Below, in pieces: positions 19,093 to 28,510 of a DNA stretch of 64,000 bases. Source of the DNA: a virus (taxonomy: Duplodnaviria; Caudoviricetes); IMG/VR virus record IMGVR_UViG_3300042270_000651, positions 1-64,000 of that record; one strand, given 5' to 3'. Numbering within the stretch: position 1 is the stretch's first letter; every line of letters starts with the position of its first letter. The translations under genes and the position numbers were made by a program. The notes under the pieces were generated by a model. The model did not search any database, was not told the origin of the DNA, and was given only the letters and a program-made list of their open reading frames with translations.

Positions 19093-19468
19093 GGTCTAGC
19101 GCCCTCCTTGGCTTGCGGTCCCGTGTCGTGGGTAGGGGTGATGCCCCTTACGTTCAGGCTACCAAATGGCGGTAGTGCTGCAAGAGGAAGGCGACAAGCT
19201 GGTGCAATTGATTTCAGACGGCCGGCCCGTGCGCCCTCCCCTCTCGGGCCCGATCCTCTCATGGGCATGCCCAGCCTGGGGGAGCCTTGGATGTCGCCTG
19301 AAGCCTGCGGCCGTGGGGCCCAGAGGGGGTAGTCAGGCTTGAGGCCGAGAGCCAGCCCAGGAGGCGTCCGCGCCCAGCCTCACGCCCCAAGACGGGGCCG
19401 AATGCGGGCCCCTGTGGCGGTTTCCTTGGGTCTGTCAAAAACGGTTCGGAGCCTGTCGCTCCACGCTT

Positions 19469-19759
19469 TCAAAGCTCAGGGTCGTCTCCCTCTCCCTGTC
19501 CGAGGTCCTGGTCGGGATCGTACTCTGGGTCCTCCTCCCAGGCGTCCCGCTCTGCCACCCGCACGAAGAACTTCAGCTCCCGGATCGCGTCCTGCTTGGT
19601 CGTCCCCGCCAGGTACGAATGACACCCGTCGAACATCTTGCCTTCCGGGAACACCACCTCGTACTGCCGGGGCTCCAGCAGGTCTATCGGGGCTCCCCGC
19701 TCCAGGGTGCAGCCCGACTGCTCACACAGCTTTCGGATCGTGTCGTCTGCCTTGCTCAT
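19469..19759 (-). CDS. Hypothetical protein with acidic tail
   Basis: RBS and ORF. Confidence 0.6.
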   Translation of the reverse strand: MSKADDTIRKLCEQSGCTLERGAPIDLLEPRQYEVVFPEGKMFDGCHSYLAGTTKQDAIRELKFFVRVAERDAWEEDPEYDPDQDLGQGEGDDPEL

Positions 19760-19828
19760 GGGTCTTGCCCTCCTTGGCTTGTCCTGGTGCTTGGGGGAAG
19801 GGGCAGGCTTTCCCGCCCCGTGTCTTGC

Positions 19829-20062
19829 TTACTCGCCCAGCCATTCCTTGAGCTTGCTGTCCAGCTCGCCCAGAGCCTTGTCTGCCTCGGGGTCGTGCAG
19901 GTCGTCCGCCGGAGCAACCTCGTCCAGGCCGTCGTCTTCCTCGTCTTCTTCGAGGGCGTCCAGGGCCTCTTCGATGGCGTTCAGTTCCTTGAGGTCGTCG
20001 CGGGTCAGCTCGTCCTTGGCTTCCAGTTCCGCGATCCGGGCTTCCATCTGGGTCTTGGTCAT
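19829..20062 (-). CDS. Highly acidic 77-aa protein
   Basis: MTKTQMEAR...; 29 D/E residues. Confidence 0.65.
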   Translation of the reverse strand: MTKTQMEARIAELEAKDELTRDDLKELNAIEEALDALEEDEEDDGLDEVAPADDLHDPEADKALGELDSKLKEWLGE

Positions 20063-20089
20063 GTCCTCGCCTTCCTTGGCTTTGTTTGG

Positions 20090-20136
20090 TGAAATTGATT
20101 TCACCGTCAGACTACCAAATGGCCCGATGGGACAAA
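20090..20136 (-). promoter_or_regulatory. Phage promoter with 14-bp motif at +1
   Basis: TTTGTC-16-TAGTCT-5-TGAAATCAATTTCA. Confidence 0.6.
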
Positions 20137-20211
20137 GAAAAAGGCGACGAGAGGTGCGGGAAAAAGTCGCACTCCCGGCCGCCCTTGGACCCTTGCGGTG
20201 ACGTGTCTTGA

Positions 20212-20601
20212 TCAGTCGTAGCTGGGCATTGCGCCGTCCAGGGTGCCTCCAGCGAACCGGGCCCCATGGCGGTACCCCTGCGGCACTTCCTTCAGGTCGT
20301 CCCAAAGCTGGGACGTCGGCTTCCCGTAGAGCAGGTAGTCGAACGTCCCGACCCGACCGTCCTCGGTCTTGGCGATCCCCGGCTGCTTGGACAGGAACCG
20401 CTCGATCACCATGCAGGCTTTGGTCTGGGTCTTGTAGTAGGCCCCGTCCACCGGAAACCAGACAGTCTCGTTCTCGTCCGTCTCGTAGGCCATCCACTTC
20501 GACCCGGCCTTGAAGACCTTGAACGTGTAGCCCCGCCAATGCAGGGTTCCCCAGCCCTTGCCCCAGGTCCACTTCTTCCAGTTCACCGTCTTCGGGTCCA
20601 T
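20212..20601 (-). CDS. Trp-rich hypothetical protein
   Basis: MDPKTVNWKKW with GGAGG RBS. Confidence 0.6.
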   Translation of the reverse strand: MDPKTVNWKKWTWGKGWGTLHWRGYTFKVFKAGSKWMAYETDENETVWFPVDGAYYKTQTKACMVIERFLSKQPGIAKTEDGRVGTFDYLLYGKPTSQLWDDLKEVPQGYRHGARFAGGTLDGAMPSYD

Positions 20602-20654
20602 CGTCAGCCTCCGTGCAATTGATTTCAGGCCCCCGCCCCGCGAACGGTGGGGGC

Positions 20655-20927
20655 TCAGGCCGCCCACCAGGTCTCTCCGGGGCACTCGCTGAAACCGCCC
20701 GCGACGCGCCGACTCTGCAGGGCCAGGGGGACCTCGTCTTCCACGATCATCTTACCGGTGCGGTAGCTGTCCACATACAGCTCGATCATCCCGCTGGAGA
20801 CCTTGTCGTCCAGGTCCGCATAGCGGTCGAAAATCCACTCGGCCACCTGCAGGCGGAACTTGTCGTTGCCGTTCGGGAAGAACTTCTTGAGGCGGGCCTT
20901 GAGGGTGCTGCGGGTGATCTGTGCCAT
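20655..20927 (-). CDS. Hypothetical protein
   Basis: AAGGAGG RBS. Confidence 0.6.
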   Translation of the reverse strand: MAQITRSTLKARLKKFFPNGNDKFRLQVAEWIFDRYADLDDKVSSGMIELYVDSYRTGKMIVEDEVPLALQSRRVAGGFSECPGETWWAA

Positions 20928-21081
20928 TTGCGACCTCCTTGTCTGGCAGATGTTTGAGGGGAATGTTTCCCGTACCGTCAGTCTACGGAGGAGGCGGTTC
21001 TCCAGGCAAAGAAAAAGGCGACCTCCCGCTACGGGAAGCCACCTAGATTGTTCCGCACATTATCCTCTCCCAGGTCTACAT

Positions 21082-21375
21082 TCAGGGCTCTGGTGGCTTG
21101 TTCTTTTCCTCCATGGCAGCCTGTGCATATTCGTCAGCGAGCTTGTACAGCCATCCGCTGATACTACTCTTTCTGCAGGTCCCCTCAAGCAGACGAAGGC
21201 CCACCATTACGAATGCAGACGGGGCCATGTGGGACTCTTCCACACCCCGAGACTGCATTCTTTGCATGGCCACTGTCGCTTCTTCAAGGGCCACCTCTAT
21301 CTGCTTGTCTTCGCTCATAGCCATAGCTTGCGTTCCCATTCGTTCGCACGATTTAACCCCTGCTTTTAGGCTCAT
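21082..21375 (-). CDS. Hypothetical protein in a lower-GC patch
   Basis: ORF only. Confidence 0.45.
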   Translation of the reverse strand: MSLKAGVKSCERMGTQAMAMSEDKQIEVALEEATVAMQRMQSRGVEESHMAPSAFVMVGLRLLEGTCRKSSISGWLYKLADEYAQAAMEEKNKPPEP

Positions 21376-21539
21376 CTTCTCTCTTTACCCAGGGTCCACA
21401 GTCGCATTTTGTCTGCGTGGTCTTGTTTCTTTCCCAGAAGGGACTTGAAGGGCGCGTTCAAGCACATCTGGGACACCTCGCGTTGGCGCGCTTTCTAGGG
21501 CCCTGAAGCATCGTAGGTCAAGAGTGAAACGGTTTAGTT

Positions 21540-21872
21540 CTACTCCTGCGGGAGCCACTTCCTAATGGCCCCGTACAGCTTAATCCCTGGCACACTGTGG
21601 GCGTTCGTGCCCTTGAGCAGGTCCTTGCGGGCCGCCTTGGCCTGCTGCTTCGTGGCATAGACCAGGGGCATCTCCCCTCCCTTGGAGAGCAGGCTGAAGA
21701 CCCACCCCCCAGACGGGACCTGTCTCAGGGGGGACAGAAACAGCGGGCTCTCCACCTGCCCCACAGGAGACCTCGTTTTACCCGTGTCCGGATCGTCTCG
21801 TGCCTGGTGCCGGGTGCGGTGAATGCTCATGTCGATGTGCCTCGTCTTGCGAGTCCTGTCGCCCGTCGCCAC
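21540..21872 (-). CDS. Basic hypothetical protein
   Basis: ORF only. Confidence 0.45.
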   Translation of the reverse strand: MATGDRTRKTRHIDMSIHRTRHQARDDPDTGKTRSPVGQVESPLFLSPLRQVPSGGWVFSLLSKGGEMPLVYATKQQAKAARKDLLKGTNAHSVPGIKLYGAIRKWLPQE

Positions 21873-22008
21873 AGGTCCTTTAGCCTGTCCGCCATTGTTG
21901 TCGGAAACGGCTCGTCTGGGGCCAGTTCCTTGCAGGTCCAGGCTCCCTTGAGGGCCCTACGCATAGGCGGCTCAGGCGGCTTTCTCGGTCCTGCCATTAC
22001 TTGCAGCC

Positions 22009-22392
22009 CTACTCCGCCCCCAGCAGGACGCCAATCTTGGTCATGTTGCGGGAAATCTCCTCGAACCCCGCCTGGATTGTGGCCGCGTCACGGCGCACAC
22101 TGCCGGACATCTCCTCGACCTCCATACCCTGGCCGATCTTCCGAAGAGCCTCCCACTCCGGGTCTACGTACGCCTCCTGGGCATTCAGGCTGCGCCTGAA
22201 CCGGGAGCAGTCCTCCCCGTCGAGGGCCCCATAGACCTTCACCTCGACGACGCAGTAGCCCGAGAGGGTCTGCAGAGCGTCCATCGTCGCCGCCAGCTTA
22301 CCCAGGCGGGTCTCGAAGCTCTCCTCGGCCTGGGCCGGGGCCAGGGCGAACAGGGCGAGCGCGGCGACTATGCTGTACAAGGTTTTCTTCAT
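22009..22392 (-). CDS. Secreted/periplasmic protein
   Basis: Signal peptide MKKTLYSIVAALALFALAPAQA; two Cys. Confidence 0.7.
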   Translation of the reverse strand: MKKTLYSIVAALALFALAPAQAEESFETRLGKLAATMDALQTLSGYCVVEVKVYGALDGEDCSRFRRSLNAQEAYVDPEWEALRKIGQGMEVEEMSGSVRRDAATIQAGFEEISRNMTKIGVLLGAE

Positions 22393-22581
22393 GGGCCTTA
22401 TCCTTCCTTGACGGGCTTGAACTCGATCTTTCCGGGGAGAGCCTGGCTGCCCTCCCCGTGTGGGTCCGTGCCATGGTTGATCACGAACTTGCGAACCTCC
22501 TCGGCCGCTGTTTCAGCGTCAGCTACACCACCGTCGATGATCCGATCATCAGGGTCGAGAAAAAGATACTCGATCTTCACG

Positions 22582-22746
22582 TTACCCCTCCTTGGTCAGA
22601 AACTGGAACAGGGCCTCGGCCAGGTCGGCGATCTCCTCGCCCGCAGCGTTCGGCTTGTGCTTGCCGACGAAAGCCGTGGCCTGCTTCATGGCCTCGATGC
22701 GGAGCTTGTCCTTGCGGGTCAGCTCCTCCTTGGCCTTGGTGTTCAT
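22582..22746 (-). CDS. 54-aa helical protein
   Basis: MNTKAKEEL...LAEALFQFLTKEG; resembles repeats of 33074-33430. Confidence 0.5.
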   Translation of the reverse strand: MNTKAKEELTRKDKLRIEAMKQATAFVGKHKPNAAGEEIADLAEALFQFLTKEG

Positions 22747-22757
22747 ACGGACAGCCA

Positions 22758-23009
22758 TCAGCGATCCTCCTCGTCGTCCTGCGAGTAGGTGTCGAGCAGG
22801 GCCCTAGACTTGTCCACGACCTTGTCTCGCTGGACGCGGTCGCCCTCGGGCAGTCGATCCCGGAAGTGCACCAGCATATTCACCAGGGACTCGGTCGTGT
22901 CGTGCAGCTGGCCGGTCAGCTCTTCCACGGCCTCCTTCAGGTCGGCGATCTGGTCGTCATTGCCGTCGTAGTGCTCGTCGTTCAGCGGGTTCTTGGTCAT
23001 GTCGGTCAG
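22758..23009 (-). CDS. Hypothetical coiled-coil protein
   Basis: AAGGAGG RBS before MTDMTKNP. Confidence 0.5.
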   Translation of the reverse strand: MTDMTKNPLNDEHYDGNDDQIADLKEAVEELTGQLHDTTESLVNMLVHFRDRLPEGDRVQRDKVVDKSRALLDTYSQDDEEDR

Positions 23010-23226
23010 TCCTCCTTGACTGGTCGGTTCACCATCCGGCTCGGACGGAGCGGGGGATCGAGGTGGGCATCTCGTTTGGCAACCGCCCCCGCCGGGAGTA
23101 GCAGAGCCCAGCAGCCGGAGCGCCCCCGCCCCACCGGAACCGGATGGTAGGGCTTCAGAACTGGCGGAAGGGCCTGTAGGAGCCTTGTGGAGCGCCTTTG
23201 GACTCCCGCCGTGGGTGGTTGGGTGG

Positions 23227-23535
23227 TCAGAGGACTTCGTAGCCCTCCAGGTCGTCCACCCAGGGGTCGGGCTCGCCCTCCTCCGGCACGTAGCCGTCCA
23301 GGAACTGCTCGATGAAGCTGCCATAGTCCATCACCCGCTTGCCGCGCTCCATGGCCTTGCGGGCCTTGGTCGTGTCGAAGCGGCTGGCCACCAGCATGTC
23401 GCAGTCCATGGTGAAGCTGGCGCGCACGCGCATACCGTTGCGCTCGGCCGCCTTCTTGAGATCGGCGCGAAGCACGGGCGACCCGTCGCTCTTGTGAGCG
23501 GGTCCGGTGAAGCAGATGATCTGAGGCTTTTCCAT
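23227..23535 (-). CDS. Stand-alone BRCT-domain protein
   Basis: ICFTG...R..L...G..V..S.T...DMLV...TTKARKA..G..V pattern. Confidence 0.75.
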   Translation of the reverse strand: MEKPQIICFTGPAHKSDGSPVLRADLKKAAERNGMRVRASFTMDCDMLVASRFDTTKARKAMERGKRVMDYGSFIEQFLDGYVPEEGEPDPWVDDLEGYEVL

Positions 23536-23739
23536 CGTCCTGGCCCTCCTTGGCCGTAGTGGAAGTGGGTTCGCATCTTCATGCTACCCAATGGCATCAG
23601 CTTGGGCAAAAGAAATGTCTGCAGTCAATTGCAAGAAAAACCGCGCGCCCTCGGGGAGAGAAGCACGCGGTTTGACGCAGGGTCTACGCTTCGGGGGAAA
23701 CGAGTAGACCAGCCCTATCTAGCACCTCGCCTCCGGGCA

Positions 23740-23777
23740 GAAAAGAGGGGCGGAGCATGGTGGTCCATGTCCGCCCC
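23740..23777 (-). terminator. Intrinsic terminator
   Basis: GGGGCGGACATGG-ACCA-CCATGCTCCGCCCC then TCTTTT on minus strand. Confidence 0.65.
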
Positions 23778-23889
23778 CAAGGCGCTGTGGCGTTACCCCG
23801 TCTGCAGGGAAAGCGTGCGATAGAACTGCAGACGCCCCGACACTCGCACGAGGCCGGGGCGCTGTAAAGCAGGGCGGTCCGAGACTGGA

Positions 23890-24939
23890 TCAGCCGTCCT
23901 CACCTTCCGGGATGCTGACCTCCAGCTCGACGTCGGGGAAGATTTTCTCAAACTCCTCCAGCGTCTTCTCCAGGCCCAGCTCCTTCATCGTCTCGCCGAT
24001 GGGCTTGTGCTTGGCCTGCGCCTTGCCGGCCTTGGGCGCCCCGTTCAGGTAGTCGATGCAGATGAACTCCAGGGCCACCGTGGCGACGTCGGTGCCGGCC
24101 TCCTTCTGCGCCTTCTCGATGGCGGCCTTGACCGTGGCCTTCTGGTCGTCGTGCACCTTGAAGGTCATGGTCGTGACGGTCTTGGGCTCGCTGTCGGTCT
24201 CGGCCGTCTCGGCGGTGCCCTGGTCCTTCTCGGACTTGACCAGCTCGATCAGCTGCAGGGTCGAGTTCTTGTTGGCGATCTCCACCCACTTGTCGACGTT
24301 CTCGGTCGAGAGCACCGGCAGCAGCTCCTTGAGCTTGGTCCAGCCGATGGTCTTGACCTTCTCCCAGGGAATGTTCGCCTCGACCAGCGTCTCATAGATG
24401 CTGATGAAGTAGCGGGCGTTGCGGTACTTGATGCCGTGCTCGTGCTCGACGTACTCCTTGAAGGAGCCGTAGGGCTCGTACCAGCCGTTGGCGTTGATCA
24501 CCGACAGCACGCCGCCCAGCTTGAAGAAGCTGAACTCCGTGTCCTCGATCAGCTTGGCCACCAGGTCGCGCGCCGTCTCGGCGTCGACCGTCTCCAGCGC
24601 GTGCGCGGTCTTGGCGATCAGGTCGCCCTCGATGATCTCGCCCTTGTGCGGTTCGATCACCTCCACGTCGGTGCCGGTGGCCTTCTTCTCCCCATCATCG
24701 ACGTCTTCGTAGTCGGCATCCGGGATCGCGGCCTGCTCGATGGCCTTCTTCACGGCTTCCCGCTTCTCGGCCACCTTCATGCCGGAGAAGCCCTCGATCT
24801 CCAGGCCCTTCTCCTTGACGAGCTTGTCCAGCTCGGCGGCCTTCATCTTGGCCAGGTCCAGCTCTTCGCCGTCGCCCAGCTCCTTGGCCACGTCGTCCAT
24901 CTTCGCACCTTTCAGCAATTTCATGGAAACCGTGCTCAT
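23890..24939 (-). CDS. Putative DNA-binding protein (central HTH-like, C-terminal RHH-like)
   Basis: YGSFKEYVEHEHGIKYRNARYFISIY and TMTFKVHDDQKATVKAAI; own promoter with two motif copies. Confidence 0.6.
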   Translation of the reverse strand: MSTVSMKLLKGAKMDDVAKELGDGEELDLAKMKAAELDKLVKEKGLEIEGFSGMKVAEKREAVKKAIEQAAIPDADYEDVDDGEKKATGTDVEVIEPHKGEIIEGDLIAKTAHALETVDAETARDLVAKLIEDTEFSFFKLGGVLSVINANGWYEPYGSFKEYVEHEHGIKYRNARYFISIYETLVEANIPWEKVKTIGWTKLKELLPVLSTENVDKWVEIANKNSTLQLIELVKSEKDQGTAETAETDSEPKTVTTMTFKVHDDQKATVKAAIEKAQKEAGTDVATVALEFICIDYLNGAPKAGKAQAKHKPIGETMKELGLEKTLEEFEKIFPDVELEVSIPEGEDG

Positions 24940-24965
24940 GGCTCCTAACCCTCCTTGGTCTGATG

Positions 24966-25012
24966 GGGAATTGGTTTCAGGTTCAGTCTATCAGTGTTGC
25001 AATCAATTGCAA
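24966..25012 (-). promoter_or_regulatory. Promoter with 14-bp motifs over -35 and +1
   Basis: TTGCAA-16-TAGACT; motif at 24998-25011 and degenerate copy at 24966-24979. Confidence 0.7.
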
Positions 25013-25025
25013 AACTGGGAGGCCG

Positions 25026-25529
25026 TCAGGCGTCCAGTTTTTGCAGGACCTCGCGCATCTTCGCCGTGACGTCGATCAACTCGCCCATCTGGGCCAGTCC
25101 GATGGCCGACAGCCCGAAGGCGTCCACCACGTCGTCCGACTTGTGCTCGAAGCCCCACCGCTTGAAGACGCCCAGGCGCACCTCGTCCTTCTTGCCGACG
25201 CCCTTGCCCAGCACGAACTTCTTCAGCTGGGCCGGCGCCACCGTGATGAACGGGAAGCCCTCCTGGCGCAGGAAGTACCGGATCACCGTCCCGATCTCCA
25301 CCAGCGTCACCAGGCTGTTCGTGTTGGCGTAGCCGTAGCCCTCCAGCACGACGATCTCCGGCTTGTGCTTGTAGGCCAGCTCCAGCACGCCCCCGGCGAT
25401 GGCCGAGCAGCGTTCCAGACCCGTTTCCTTCGGATGATGGATCAGCTTGGCCTCGACCACCGACGGCTTCGAGCCCTCCAGGACCACCGCGCCGGTCTTC
25501 GTGCTGATGTCCAGCCCCAGGCTCTTCAT
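25026..25529 (-). CDS. ruvC: RuvC-like Holliday junction resolvase
   Basis: LGLDISTKTG, VVLEGY, LKKFVLGKG and DVVDAF motifs. Confidence 0.85.
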   Translation of the reverse strand: MKSLGLDISTKTGAVVLEGSKPSVVEAKLIHHPKETGLERCSAIAGGVLELAYKHKPEIVVLEGYGYANTNSLVTLVEIGTVIRYFLRQEGFPFITVAPAQLKKFVLGKGVGKKDEVRLGVFKRWGFEHKSDDVVDAFGLSAIGLAQMGELIDVTAKMREVLQKLDA

Positions 25530-26437
25530 GCCTCCTTGCTCCTCCACTCGTGCTCTGCCGGGAACTTGCCCGAGAAGCACTCCTTGACCTTTGGGCACCT
25601 CTTGGCCCGCTTGCCCAGGGCGGTCTCACAGATGCCCTCCGGCATCCCGACCTCGCCCTGCATGTACTGGTACGCCGCCCTCGCCCGTTTCGTCGGCTCC
25701 TCGGTCACCGTGTCGTTCCGGGTGATCGTGAACTCCTTGAACGGCGAGAACTGCTCCCCGATACCCCACTTCTTGACCTCGTCGTCCAGGCAGCCGTAGC
25801 CGCCCTTCGAGACGTAGAAGACACGAGCTTCCTGCGTGTCCACCTGCTGCGAGAAGGGGTGATCGCTCTCCTCGATGATGCGCAGGTACAGGCTGGTGCG
25901 CTGGCGGTGTTCCGAAAGCGGCGCGACGAGCCCCTTGAACTCCTCCTTGTCGATGGTCTTGATCTCGACAGGCGTCAGCTTCGGGTTCCCCAGCGACGCC
26001 AGCATGTCGACGCCACAGGAGGCCCCAGAGTAGGCCGACGTGAAGCGCGGCTCCACAGGGGCGATGGCCTTGCATCCGCATGTGGAGCATTGCTGGGGCC
26101 GCTTGCAGAACTCGTGCAGGTGCCCACAGGCGCCGCACTTCCAGTGGCCGACCGCGACGTCCATGTCGGCGAACCAGTTGACCAGGCTGTCCTGCAGGTC
26201 GTTGCCGATGCGGAAGGTCACCGCCAGCGACGTGATCAGGTACTCGTCGGGCACCTTGGCGTTGGTGGCGCACATCAGTGCAACGAAGCGGGGGCAGAAC
26301 CCCTCGGCCTTGGTCAGCTCGCTGGCGTGGATGCGCTTGTAAGAGCGGCCCGGTTTGGGCCCGCCCAGGTACTGGTGGAGGCGGTACTTCAGGGTCCGCT
26401 CCGGGCTCAGGTCCTTCATGCGTTTCAGAAACTTCAT
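25526..26437 (-). CDS. Cas4-like PD-(D/E)XK exonuclease
   Basis: HASEL..CPR, GVD..EIKT, C-terminal C..C..C and zinc ribbon. Confidence 0.7.
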   Translation of the reverse strand: MKFLKRMKDLSPERTLKYRLHQYLGGPKPGRSYKRIHASELTKAEGFCPRFVALMCATNAKVPDEYLITSLAVTFRIGNDLQDSLVNWFADMDVAVGHWKCGACGHLHEFCKRPQQCSTCGCKAIAPVEPRFTSAYSGASCGVDMLASLGNPKLTPVEIKTIDKEEFKGLVAPLSEHRQRTSLYLRIIEESDHPFSQQVDTQEARVFYVSKGGYGCLDDEVKKWGIGEQFSPFKEFTITRNDTVTEEPTKRARAAYQYMQGEVGMPEGICETALGKRAKRCPKVKECFSGKFPAEHEWRSKEA

Positions 26438-26452
26438 CCTGCCCTCCTTGGC

Positions 26453-26824
26453 TCAGTCATCGGGGCGCTCCAACAGTTCTTTGAACACGTCCTCTGAAAT
26501 CAGGACCCACTTGCCGTCCCGCACCTCACGGCCGTTGGGGTACGTGAACGTGATCGCCAGGGCCGGCAGCTTGCCGACCGCAGCGGCCTCGGCCGAGACC
26601 TTGCCCAGCCAGCGGTACTCCAGCTTCATGCTGGCGGCGGTGGTGGACTTCGCCTCCAGCAGCCAGTCGTGCTTGCGCATGTCGCCCTTGGCCCCGTCCA
26701 TGGCGCCGGACGCGGGCGTCTCTCGCATTTCCAAGCGTCGGGCCAAACGGCGTTCGGAGGCGCGACCCGCGCCCCCGATGCTGCCACCCTTCTGTCGCCG
26801 GAACATGGGCGGTTCATACGGCAT
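26453..26824 (-). CDS. Hjc-like PD-(D/E)XK endonuclease
   Basis: G..SE..LA, SGA..KGD and LEAKST motifs. Confidence 0.7.
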   Translation of the reverse strand: MPYEPPMFRRQKGGSIGGAGRASERRLARRLEMRETPASGAMDGAKGDMRKHDWLLEAKSTTAASMKLEYRWLGKVSAEAAAVGKLPALAITFTYPNGREVRDGKWVLISEDVFKELLERPDD

Positions 26825-27854
26825 CAGCCGGCTCCTCCACCCCGTGCTCCAGCACCTTCTGGATCACGTCGTTGCGCAACCCCATGCCGAACTCCCAATC
26901 TGTGTAGACCCGCTCGCGGGCCTCCTTCAGGGTCTTGTACTGGGCATCCAGCAAGCGCCACCCGGTCTTGGTCTTCTCCAGGTATCCGAAGTCCTTCAGG
27001 TAGGTCGACAGCGTGTTCCAGTCGTCTACCTCGCCCACGGCCAGGCCCTTGTGCGCGACCGTGGCCATCTCGTACTCGCCATGCGTGGCGATGATCGGCA
27101 CCTTCCACTTCTTGATCACGAAGCTGGTGTGCTTGCGCACGGGCTTGGTCTTGCTCACCGCGTTGTCGGTGACGTTCTTGCCGTAGACCCGCACCGTCAT
27201 GGCCGACTGGTACTTGGGCGCGTTGCCGCCGGGCATGTCCTCTGGGTTGCCGAACATCACGCCGATCTTGAGCCTGATCTGGTTGACGTACAGCACAGTG
27301 GGGAAGCGCCCGTCACGCTCGGCGTGGTTCAGCGCCAGGGTGGTCTTGCGCACCAGCTTGCCGATGGCCAGCGCCGCGCCGCCCACGTTGGCCTTCTCGG
27401 CGGAGCTGTCGGCCTCCTGAGTGGTCACCATCGCCGCCAGACTGTCCACGGCCACGAGGCCAATGTCCTCGGCGTACAGAAAGTTCTCCACCATGTCGAC
27501 GACCTGCTCGGCGTAGTCGGGGCGGACGACGATCAGCTTGTCCACGTCCACGCCCAGCAGCCTGGACCAGCCGGGGTTGAAGCTGGTCTCAATGTCGATG
27601 AACACGCACGTCAGGTGCGGAAACATCTTCTGGTGCATGGCAATCGCCCGCAAAACCAGGTTGCTCTTGCCCGCACTCTCCGGCCCAAAGATGATCGACG
27701 CCCGACCACGGGGGAAACCGCCGCCGGACGCCAGGTCGAACGGGAAGAAGCCGGTCGGCACGCGCTGGCACTCATGCATCGCCGCACCAAACTGGCCGAC
27801 CTTCTCCCCGTAGTTCTTCTGGAACTTGGTCATCAGTTCCGCTGTACTCGCCAT
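26814..27854 (-). CDS. recA: RecA/UvsX recombinase
   Basis: GPESAGKS, VDSLAAM, NQIRLKIGVMFGNPE and PGG motifs. Confidence 0.92.
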   Translation of the reverse strand: MASTAELMTKFQKNYGEKVGQFGAAMHECQRVPTGFFPFDLASGGGFPRGRASIIFGPESAGKSNLVLRAIAMHQKMFPHLTCVFIDIETSFNPGWSRLLGVDVDKLIVVRPDYAEQVVDMVENFLYAEDIGLVAVDSLAAMVTTQEADSSAEKANVGGAALAIGKLVRKTTLALNHAERDGRFPTVLYVNQIRLKIGVMFGNPEDMPGGNAPKYQSAMTVRVYGKNVTDNAVSKTKPVRKHTSFVIKKWKVPIIATHGEYEMATVAHKGLAVGEVDDWNTLSTYLKDFGYLEKTKTGWRLLDAQYKTLKEARERVYTDWEFGMGLRNDVIQKVLEHGVEEPADAV

Positions 27855-27894
27855 TTCCCCTCTGCCTCCTGCAATTGGTTTCAGACCGGGTCGA

Positions 27895-28200
27895 TCAGCC
27901 TTCGTCGCCCTCCAGGCCGCTGATCATGTCCTCCATCTTGCCGTTCACCCAGTTCTGGGCAAACTCGAACGTGTCGTCGATCTCGTCCTTGGCGCAGGGC
28001 AGGACCAGCGAGCACTGCAGGCGCACGCTCTCGTAGTTGCCGAGGTTCTTGGTCATCGACGCCTCGACGCCCACCTGGGCGGCCTCAGCCACTTCCAGCT
28101 TGGCGGTGGGGACGTCGTGCTCGGTAACCTCCTCCGTGCCCGTGGAGGGTTTCACCGCCGTGGTCGCCTTGGCCGGCTTGTTCTTGATCGAAACGGGCAT
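27895..28200 (-). CDS. Hypothetical protein
   Basis: TKNLGNYESVRL motif typical of small phage proteins. Confidence 0.65.
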   Translation of the reverse strand: MPVSIKNKPAKATTAVKPSTGTEEVTEHDVPTAKLEVAEAAQVGVEASMTKNLGNYESVRLQCSLVLPCAKDEIDDTFEFAQNWVNGKMEDMISGLEGDEG

Positions 28201-28507
28201 CGTCGTTGCTCCAGTGCTTCTTGATGGTGTTCACGCAGCGGGTCACCGCCTGCCGGCGGCGCCTCGGGGTGCAGACGTTCTCCGGCCACTCCTCCAGCAC
28301 GCGCACCAGCCGGCGCATGAGGTGGACCTGGACCGGCGTATACTTGCCGTGCCCCACCGTGGTCGGCGGGATCAGACCGCGCCGGCGGAAGTCCCGCAGG
28401 GTGGCGGCGTCACGGTTGATCAGGCGGCCGGTCTCCTTCGAGCCGTACACCCGATCCCAGGTCATTTTCGGAAAGCGCCATCTGTACTCGACCTCCTTGT
28501 CGTCCAT
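28085..28507 (-). CDS. MerR-like HTH protein
   Basis: YGSKETGRLINRDAATLRDFRRRGLIP...YT. Confidence 0.55.
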   Translation of the reverse strand: MDDKEVEYRWRFPKMTWDRVYGSKETGRLINRDAATLRDFRRRGLIPPTTVGHGKYTPVQVHLMRRLVRVLEEWPENVCTPRRRRQAVTRCVNTIKKHWSNDDARFDQEQAGQGDHGGETLHGHGGGYRARRPHRQAGSG

Positions 28508-28510
28508 GGC

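Noticed and set aside
26814-27854. recA (and rnhA, ruvC, dcd) as host housekeeping genes marking the prophage end
   Set aside because: Embedded among co-oriented phage genes and flanked by the phage motif
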